From an uncultured Rhodobacterales bacterium (GTDB lineage Bacteria; Pseudomonadota; Alphaproteobacteria; Rhodobacterales; Rhodobacteraceae), in contig CAZLIC010000102.1 in NCBI GenBank assembly GCA_964559535.1, forward strand, positions 1 to 12,891: 12,891 nucleotides of DNA, given 5' to 3'. Below the pieces are notes generated by a model that worked only from the letters and a program-made list of their open reading frames with translations, was not told the DNA's origin and made no database searches. Shown in pieces: positions 7,087 through 12,891 of the stretch (position 1 is its first letter; every line of letters starts with the position of its first letter). The position numbers and the translations under genes are program-made.

Positions 7087-7139
7087 CGTTCTCATCTTTG
7101 CCCAAATACCCTGGGGGTCCGGGGGCAAGGCCCCCGGCG
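7087..7139. repeat. Copy A of a ~52-bp intergenic repeat with an internal GC hairpin (CCGGGGGC-aag-GCCCCCGG). It sits between the deoC stop and the ALDH start.
   Basis: The reverse complement matches 10827-10878 at 49/52 positions. Spurious six-frame ORFs read through both copies and give shared peptides (LIFAQIP.GSGG and SHLCPNT.GVRGQ). Confidence 0.75.
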
Positions 7140-7146
7140 CTCCCGG

Positions 7147-8154
7147 CTATCCCATCGCGTGGCGGTTGGCGGCGGAATAGGCGCCGGTCAGGAAATGCTC
7201 CAGCTGCCGTTCGATGTCGCCCAGCAGGGACGAGGCGCCGTAGCGGAACAGGTCGGGCTGCAGCCATGGGTCGCCCAGTTCGTCCTTCATCAAGGACAGG
7301 TACACCAGCGCATCCTTGGCCTTCGAGATGCCGCCCGCGGGCTTGTAGCCCACCTTGATGCCCGTTCGCGCCTCATAGGCGCGGATCGCCCGCACCATGG
7401 TCAGCGTGACCGGCAGCGTGGCGTTCACGCCTTCCTTCCCGGTCGATGTCTTGATGAAATCCGCCCCCGCCATCATGCACACCAGCGACGCCTTCATCAC
7501 GTTGCGCAGGGTGCCCAGTTCGCCGGTGGCCAGAATGGCCTTCACATGGGCATCGCCACAGGCCGCGCGCATCTCGGCCATCTCGTCATACAGCGCCTGC
7601 CAGTTGCCGGTCAGCGCATGGCGGCGCGAGATGACGATGTCGATTTCCTTTGCCCCAGCGGCCACGCTTTCGCGGATTTCCTGCACGCGCAGGTGCCAGG
7701 GCGACAGGCCCGCCGGAAACCCGGTGGACACGGCCGCCACCGGGATGCCCGAGCCTTCCAGCGCCTTCACCGCGGTTTCGACCATGTCGTGATACACGCA
7801 GACGGCGCCGACCTTCAGGTCCGGCATTCCCAGCCGGTCCAGCATCCAGGGCGCCACCGGCTGGCGCGCCTTGCTGCACAGCCGCTCCACCCGGCCCCAG
7901 GTATCGTCGCCCGACAGCGTGGTCAGGTCGATCAGCGTGACGGCCTTCAGCAGCCAGGCCGCCTGCCATTCCTTCTTGACCGACCGCCGCCCCGGCAGCG
8001 TGGCGCAGCGGCGTTCCACGGCGCTGGTGTTCACCTGCACGCCCGCCACCCAGTCCAGGTCCAGCGCCATGCCGGGGTTGCGCGGGTGGGCATGGCCGGG
8101 AATCACCTGGGGCAACTGGCCGGATGCCGCTTGTACCGGGGAAAGCGTGGTCAT
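7147..8154 (-). CDS. deoC: deoxyribose-phosphate aldolase (DERA), long-form DeoC.
   Basis: 335 aa. The active-site region FIKTSTGK contains the Schiff-base Lys. Flanking residues are conserved DERA ((beta/alpha)8 class I aldolase fold). Start ATG at 8154-8152 follows GAGGTGG; stop TAG at 7149-7147. Confidence 0.85.
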   Translation of the reverse strand: MTTLSPVQAASGQLPQVIPGHAHPRNPGMALDLDWVAGVQVNTSAVERRCATLPGRRSVKKEWQAAWLLKAVTLIDLTTLSGDDTWGRVERLCSKARQPVAPWMLDRLGMPDLKVGAVCVYHDMVETAVKALEGSGIPVAAVSTGFPAGLSPWHLRVQEIRESVAAGAKEIDIVISRRHALTGNWQALYDEMAEMRAACGDAHVKAILATGELGTLRNVMKASLVCMMAGADFIKTSTGKEGVNATLPVTLTMVRAIRAYEARTGIKVGYKPAGGISKAKDALVYLSLMKDELGDPWLQPDLFRYGASSLLGDIERQLEHFLTGAYSAANRHAMG

Positions 8155-8234
8155 CGGCCACCTCTGCCGCTGTCAGGATCAGTGGAACATGCACGCGGGC
8201 GGGCGGGCTGGCAAGACTGCTGTCCGCATGAAAC

Positions 8235-8248
8235 TGACCACATGGTCA
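8235..8248. promoter_or_regulatory. Palindromic candidate operator TGACCA-ca-TGGTCA in the divergent deoC/transporter promoter region. It extends imperfectly to AAACTGACCAcaTGGTCAAATT.
   Basis: Perfect 6+6 inverted repeat with a 2-bp spacer. It lies 81 nt upstream of the deoC ATG and 72 nt upstream of the transporter ATG. A TTGACC -35-like hexamer follows at 8262-8267. Confidence 0.3.
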
Positions 8249-8319
8249 AATTATTGCGCTCTTGACCCGGCCGCCCGCACGTTGAACGTGACGCGGCCAT
8301 CCCGAGCGGAGACCGACAG

Positions 8320-9624
8320 ATGCCTGACCTTGACCTGACCGCGCATTGGGCCGGGATTCTGTCCCTGGTCATCTTCGTCACCGCCTATGTGCTGGTGGTG
8401 TTCGAGGAAGCCACGCACCTGCGCAAGTCGAAGCCCGTCATGCTGGCCGCCGGTCTGATCTGGGGGCTGATCGGCCTTGCCTATGTGATGGCCGGGCAGC
8501 CCGATGCCGCGCATGACCATGCGGCCGAGATCATCGAGGAATACGGCGAGCTGTTCCTGTTCCTGCTGGTGGCCATCACCTACGTGAACACCCTGGAGGA
8601 GCGGCGGGCGTTCGAGGTGCTGCGGGCGTGGCTGGTGGGCCTGGGGCTGGGCTACCGGGCGCTGTTCCTGCTGACAGGCATCCTGTCGTTCTTCCTGTCC
8701 GGGGTGCTGGACAACCTGACCACCGCGCTGGTGATGGGGGCCGTGGTGCTGGCCATCGGGCGCGGCGACGCGCGATTCGTGGCCATGGGCTGCGTGAACG
8801 TGGTGGTGGCCGCCAATGCGGGCGGGGCCTTTTCCCCCTTCGGCGACATCACCACGCTGATGGTCTGGCAGCAGGGCAAGCTGAGTTTCTTCGAGTTCTT
8901 CAACCTTTTCCTGCCCTCGGTCGTGAACTGGCTTGTGCCCGCGGCGCTGATGCTGGCCGCCGTGCCCGCCACAAGACCCCCGGCAATGACCGAAACCGTC
9001 ACCGCCAAGCCGGGCATGTGGGGCGTGGTGGTGCTGTTTGCGGCCACCATCGCCACCGCCGTGGCGTTCAAGAACTTTCTGCACCTGCCGCCCGCGCTGG
9101 GCATGATGCTGGGCCTTGGCTATCTGCAGATCTTCTCCTTCACCCTGCAGCGCAAGGGGCACCGGCACGGCGACGAGGACATGATCCTGGACAGCTTCCA
9201 GCAGGTGCAGAAGGTTGAATGGGACACGCTCTTGTTCTTCTTCGGCATCATCTTTGCGGTGGGGGGCCTTGGCGTGCTGGGCTATCTGGGGCTCGCCTCG
9301 GACTTCCTGTACGCCGACCTTGGCCCCACCTACGCCAACATCATCATCGGCGCGCTGTCGGCCATCGTCGACAACATCCCGCTGATGTTTGCCGTGCTGA
9401 CGATGGACCCGGCCATGTCCGACGGGCAGTGGCTGCTGATCACGCTGACCTGCGGCGTGGGCGGGTCGATGCTGTCCATCGGCTCGGCCGCGGGGGTGGC
9501 GCTGATGGGGCTGGCGAAGGGGGCCTACACCTTTTCGTCGCACCTGCGCTGGACCTGGGCCGTGGCGATGGGCTATGCGGCGTCCATTGCGGTGCATCTG
9601 TGGCTGAACGCAGCCCTGTTCTAG
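8320..9624 (+). CDS. ArsB/NhaD-superfamily permease, putative NhaD-type Na+/H+ antiporter. Polytopic membrane protein of 434 aa.
   Basis: 10 to 12 hydrophobic helices. NhaD-like N-terminus (HLRKSKPVMLAAGLIWGLIGLAY) and a duplicated half-transporter pattern. GGAG lies 9 nt upstream of the ATG. Stop TAG at 9622-9624. Confidence 0.7.
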   Translation: MPDLDLTAHWAGILSLVIFVTAYVLVVFEEATHLRKSKPVMLAAGLIWGLIGLAYVMAGQPDAAHDHAAEIIEEYGELFLFLLVAITYVNTLEERRAFEVLRAWLVGLGLGYRALFLLTGILSFFLSGVLDNLTTALVMGAVVLAIGRGDARFVAMGCVNVVVAANAGGAFSPFGDITTLMVWQQGKLSFFEFFNLFLPSVVNWLVPAALMLAAVPATRPPAMTETVTAKPGMWGVVVLFAATIATAVAFKNFLHLPPALGMMLGLGYLQIFSFTLQRKGHRHGDEDMILDSFQQVQKVEWDTLLFFFGIIFAVGGLGVLGYLGLASDFLYADLGPTYANIIIGALSAIVDNIPLMFAVLTMDPAMSDGQWLLITLTCGVGGSMLSIGSAAGVALMGLAKGAYTFSSHLRWTWAVAMGYAASIAVHLWLNAALF

Positions 9625-9701
9625 GGGCTTGGCCCCCTTGTGCGGAACCGGAAAACAGCTAACGTGCCGGTCCCCGCAGGGGGGCAATTGGGGGATACGG
9701 G

Positions 9702-10820
9702 ATGAAGCTCAGCATCGAGCGCGCGGCGCTGCTGAAGGCCGTCGGTCAGGCGCAGTCGGTCGTCGAACGGCGCAACACGATCCCCATCCTGGCGAACGTG
9801 CTGATCGAGGCCGAGGGCGCCAGCGTCAGCTTCCGCGCCACCGACCTGGACATTGAGGTGGTGGACCGCGCCCCCGCGATGGTGGAACGCCCCGGCGCCA
9901 CCACCGTGTCGGCGGTGACCCTGCATGAAATCGTGCGCAAGCTGCCCGATGGCGCGCTGGTCACGCTGACGTTTGACGCCGTGCAGCAGCGGCTGACGGT
10001 GGCCGCGGGACGGTCGACCTTCCAGCTGGCCACCCTGCCGCGCGAGGATTTCCCGGTGATGGCCAGCGCCGAGTACGCCTGCAGCTTCTCGGCCCCCGCG
10101 CCGCTGCTGCGGCGGCTGTTCGACAAGGCCAAGTTCGCGATTTCCACAGAAGAGACGCGGTACTACCTGAACGGCATCTACCTGCACACCGCCACCTCGG
10201 ATGGCGCCCGCGTGCTGCGTTGCGTGGCCACCGACGGCCACCGCCTGGCCCGCATCGACGCCCCATTGCCCGAAGGCGCCGACGCGATGCCGGGCGTCAT
10301 CGTGCCGCGCAAGACGGTGGGCGAGCTGATGAAGCTTCTGGACAGCGACGACGCGGTGATCGCGGTGTCGGTCAGCGAAACCAAGGTGCGCTTCGCCACC
10401 CCCGGCATCACCCTGACATCCAAGGTGATCGACGGCACCTTCCCCGATTACAGCCGGGTGATTCCGCTGGGCAACACCCGCAAGATGGAAGTCGACGCCG
10501 CCGAATTTGCCCGCGCGGTGGACCGGGTGGCGACCGTGTCGTCGGAACGGTCGCGCGCGGTGAAGCTGTCGCTGGAAGAGGACCGGCTGGTGCTGTCGGT
10601 GAACGCGCCGAATGCCGGCGCCGCCGAGGAGGAACTGGCCGTCGCCTATGACAGCGAGAAGCTGGAGATCGGGTTCAACGCCAAGTACCTCTTGGAGATT
10701 GCAAGCCAGGTGGACCGCGAGAACGCCGTGTTCCTGTTCAACTCCAGCGGCGACCCGACGCTGATGCGCGAAGGCGGCGATACCTCGGCACTGTATGTCG
10801 TGATGCCGATGCGCGTGTGA
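9702..10820 (+). CDS. dnaN: DNA polymerase III beta sliding clamp.
   Basis: 372 aa. Motifs include MKLSIERAALLKAVGQAQSVVERRNTIPILANVLIEA and LKLEIGFNAKYLLEIASQV, with the C-terminal ALYVVMPMRV. There is a GGGGGA RBS. Confidence 0.95.
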   Translation: MKLSIERAALLKAVGQAQSVVERRNTIPILANVLIEAEGASVSFRATDLDIEVVDRAPAMVERPGATTVSAVTLHEIVRKLPDGALVTLTFDAVQQRLTVAAGRSTFQLATLPREDFPVMASAEYACSFSAPAPLLRRLFDKAKFAISTEETRYYLNGIYLHTATSDGARVLRCVATDGHRLARIDAPLPEGADAMPGVIVPRKTVGELMKLLDSDDAVIAVSVSETKVRFATPGITLTSKVIDGTFPDYSRVIPLGNTRKMEVDAAEFARAVDRVATVSSERSRAVKLSLEEDRLVLSVNAPNAGAAEEELAVAYDSEKLEIGFNAKYLLEIASQVDRENAVFLFNSSGDPTLMREGGDTSALYVVMPMRV

Positions 10821-10826
10821 TGGACC

Positions 10827-10878
10827 GCCGGGGGCGCTGCCCCCGGACCCCCGGGGTATTTGGGCAAAGATGAGAACA
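10827..10878. repeat. Copy B of the ~52-bp hairpin repeat, in inverted orientation relative to copy A. It lies in the dnaN-recF spacer and includes the recF ATG.
   Basis: Sequence gccgggggcgctgcccccggacccccggggtatttgggcaaagATGagaaca. Its reverse complement aligns to 7088-7139 with 3 mismatches. Confidence 0.75.
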
Positions 10879-11967
10879 CAGGCCGGTTTTGCCGTTGCCC
10901 GGCTGACGCTGTCGCATTTCCGCAGCCACCGATTGACGCAGTTGGACCTGGGCGGGCGGACGGCGGTGTTCGCCGGGCCGAACGGGGCGGGCAAGACCAA
11001 TGTGCTGGAGGCGGTGTCGCTGCTGTCGCCCGGGCGCGGACTGCGGCGGGCCGAGGCGGCCGAACTGGCGCGGCAGCCCGAGGGAATTGGCTGGAAGGTG
11101 GTGGCCGACCTGACAGGGCCGGACGGGGATCATCAGGTGGAAAGCTGGGCCGGGCCGGGCGAGGCGCGGCAGGTGCGGATTGACGGCAAGGCGGCATCGC
11201 AGGCGGCGCTGGGGCGGCTGTGCCGTGTCCTGTGGCTGGTGCCAGCGATGGACCGGCTGTGGCTGGACGGGGCCGAGGGGCGTCGGCGGTTTCTGGACCG
11301 GGTGGCGCTGTCGTTCTATCCCGACCATGGCGAGGCGGTGCTGGGCTATGACAAGGCGATGCGCGAGCGCAACCGGCTGTTGAAGGACCAGGTGGCGGAT
11401 GCGCGCTGGTACCAGGCGCTGGAGGCGCAGATGGGGCAGGCGGCCGACCTGATTTCCGGCAACCGGCAGGCCGCGGTGGACCGCCTGCTGGCGGCGCAGG
11501 GCGGGGGCAGCGCCTTTCCGGCGGCCGCGCTGCAGCTGGTGTGCGAGGGGCCTGCGGTGGGAGAGGCGTTCCTGCGCGCGCTGGCCGAGGGGCGGCGGCG
11601 CGACATGGCGGCGGGGCGCACGCTGGCCGGGCCGCACCGGGCCGACCTTCTGGCGACCTATGCCGCGAAGGCGATGCCCGCCGCGCAGTGTTCCACCGGC
11701 GAGCAGAAGGCGCTGCTGATCCGCCTGATCCTGGCCAATGCCCGGGCGCTGGCCGATGACGCGGGCGCGCCGGTGCTGCTGTTGGACGAGGTGGCGGCGC
11801 ATCTGGACCCGGACCGGCGCGCGGCGCTGTATGACGAGATCGCGGCCCTGGGGACGCAGGCGCTGATGACGGGCACCGAGGCGGCGCTGTTTGACAGTCT
11901 GGGCGGCAGGGGGCAGGGATTTGCCGTCGCCGACGAGGGCGGCGAAACCCGGATCGTACCCGCATGA
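10870..11967 (+). CDS. recF: DNA replication and repair protein RecF.
   Basis: 365 aa. N-terminal [10 protein letters not shown] followed by Walker A ([17 protein letters not shown]). Contains the RecF signature and Walker B ([11 protein letters not shown]). It lies immediately downstream of dnaN. Confidence 0.9.
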   Translation: MRTQAGFAVARLTLSHFRSHRLTQLDLGGRTAVFAGPNGAGKTNVLEAVSLLSPGRGLRRAEAAELARQPEGIGWKVVADLTGPDGDHQVESWAGPGEARQVRIDGKAASQAALGRLCRVLWLVPAMDRLWLDGAEGRRRFLDRVALSFYPDHGEAVLGYDKAMRERNRLLKDQVADARWYQALEAQMGQAADLISGNRQAAVDRLLAAQGGGSAFPAAALQLVCEGPAVGEAFLRALAEGRRRDMAAGRTLAGPHRADLLATYAAKAMPAAQCSTGEQKALLIRLILANARALADDAGAPVLLLDEVAAHLDPDRRAALYDEIAALGTQALMTGTEAALFDSLGGRGQGFAVADEGGETRIVPA

Positions 11968-12584
11968 CCGTGACCGGATACCAGCTGTTCCTTTACGCCC
12001 TTGGCATGGCGGGCCTGTGGGCGGTGCCGGGCCCGGTGTGGGTGGCGCTGACGGCGCGCGCCCTGTCGGGCGGCATGGCGGCGGCCTGGCCGCTGGCCGT
12101 GGGCGTGGCGCTGGGCGATCTCGTCTGGCCCCTGGCCGCCATTCTGGGCCTGACCTGGATCGAGAGCGTCTACGGCGACTTCCTGTCGCTGCTGCGCTGG
12201 GTGGCGGCCGTGGTGTTCCTGCTGATGGGGGTGATGCTGATCCGCAAGCCTGCTGTCGCCATGAACGCCGACAGCCGCCTGACCCGCCCCGGCCTGCTGG
12301 CGGGCTTTACCGTGGGGGTGGCGGCGGTGATCGGCAACCCCAAGGCGATCCTGTTCTACATGGGTGCGCTGCCCGGCTTCTTCGACCTTGGCCGGGTCAC
12401 CGCGCCCGACATCGCCGCGATCATCGCCATTTCGGCGGTTGTCCCCATGGCCGGGAACCTGGGCCTTGCGCTGTTCCTGGACCGGGCGCGCAGGCTGCTG
12501 TCGTCTCCTGCCGCGGTGCGGCGGCTGAACGTAGGGTCGGGGGTGCTGCTGATGGGTGTGGCCGTCGCAATTGCAGTTTACTGA
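11964..12584 (+). CDS. LysE/RhtB-family amino-acid exporter (translocator).
   Basis: 206 aa with 6 hydrophobic segments and the typical LysE architecture (VPGP motif, NPKAILFY). The start ATG overlaps the recF stop as ATGA (11964-11967). Stop TGA at 12582-12584. Confidence 0.75.
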   Translation: MTVTGYQLFLYALGMAGLWAVPGPVWVALTARALSGGMAAAWPLAVGVALGDLVWPLAAILGLTWIESVYGDFLSLLRWVAAVVFLLMGVMLIRKPAVAMNADSRLTRPGLLAGFTVGVAAVIGNPKAILFYMGALPGFFDLGRVTAPDIAAIIAISAVVPMAGNLGLALFLDRARRLLSSPAAVRRLNVGSGVLLMGVAVAIAVY

Positions 12585-12664
12585 CCAGTGTGAGACTTTA
12601 CAGGACCAATCCGCTGGGTCAGGCCATGAACGCTCCACTCCGCAACAGCCGGGATGCCCTTCCG

Positions 12665-12847
12665 ATGTACGCCATTGCCTTCGACCTGGAAATCGCGACG
12701 CTGAAACGCGAGTATGGCGATCCCTACAATAACGCGCATTTCGAGGTGAGGCGGGAACTCGAATCGCTCGATTTCAACTGGACGCAAGGAAGCGTCTATC
12801 TTTACGAAGGCACCGGCGGACTGGCGGCAGTGTATCGGAGCGTCTGA
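12665..12847 (+). pseudogene. vapD: Truncated vapD (Cas2-like endoribonuclease, VapXD toxin family) remnant of 60 codons in a low-GC patch. An alternative upstream ATG at 12626 adds 13 aa.
   Basis: The translation [49 protein letters not shown] matches the characteristic VapD N-terminus [22 protein letters not shown]...ELE.LGFEWTQGSVY. The ORF ends ~30 aa short of full length, where native high-GC sequence resumes. No vapX partner is visible. Confidence 0.6.
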
Positions 12848-12891
12848 TCTACGGCTGCGGCTTCGCTGGGATGGCCGCCTGAGCGTCGCTG

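Noticed and set aside
4709-7180. 823-aa + strand ORF, plus other very long ORFs at 1065..2774(-), 7030..8265(+), 8251..9687(-), 9621..11000(-), 10646..11965(-) and 11658..12638(-).
   Set aside because: All lie antisense to genes with clear homology and are Arg/Pro/Gly/Ala-rich with no recognisable motifs. Stop-codon depletion in ~67% GC DNA produces such shadow ORFs.
9671-9686. Small CCCC-gcag-GGGG hairpin between the transporter gene and dnaN as a terminator.
   Set aside because: Only a 4 to 5 bp stem with no U-tract, not distinguishable from background GC-rich self-complementarity.
1-12891. CRISPR arrays, transposases, integrases, phage genes and defence-system ATPases or nucleases.
   Set aside because: None found. 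There are no direct-repeat/spacer arrays, no DDE or tyrosine recombinase motifs, and no restriction-modification, abortive-infection or CBASS-like signatures in any frame.

Overview
This is a high-GC, gene-dense chromosomal window of alphaproteobacterial (Rhodobacterales-like) character. It is mostly housekeeping and accessory-metabolism genes rather than a classical mobile island.

Gene content, left to right:
- The 3' end of a MalK/UgpC-type sugar ABC ATPase (1..635).
- An ~880-bp noncoding gap (636..1514) holding a complete tRNA and, directly abutting it, a defective second tRNA-like sequence.
- A cytoplasmic SPFH/Band-7 protein (1515..2657).
- A convergent, orphan RTX-like Ca-binding repeat protein (2701..4638, minus) whose N-terminal third is compositionally foreign.
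- A minus-strand deoC -> two-domain aldehyde dehydrogenase operon (8154..4742).
- A NhaD/ArsB-type transporter, dnaN, recF, and a LysE exporter overlapping the recF stop.
- A truncated vapD (Cas2-like endoribonuclease) remnant in a low-GC patch at the window end.

Three signals stand out:
1. tRNA 1054..1128 is a standard class-I cloverleaf with encoded CCA, yet it carries anticodon UGA, nominally serine, on a short-variable-arm scaffold with a G3-U70 wobble pair, the AlaRS identity element. This is a candidate mistranslating or reassigned tRNA.
2. A ~52-bp hairpin-containing repeat occurs twice in inverted orientation (7087..7139 and 10827..10878). It supplies the recF start codon in one copy and a 7-codon uORF translationally coupled to the aldehyde dehydrogenase start in the other. 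The two copies bracket deoC-nhaD-dnaN.
3. The RTX gene is a codon-usage mosaic.

The many long ORFs antisense to real genes are high-GC artefacts.
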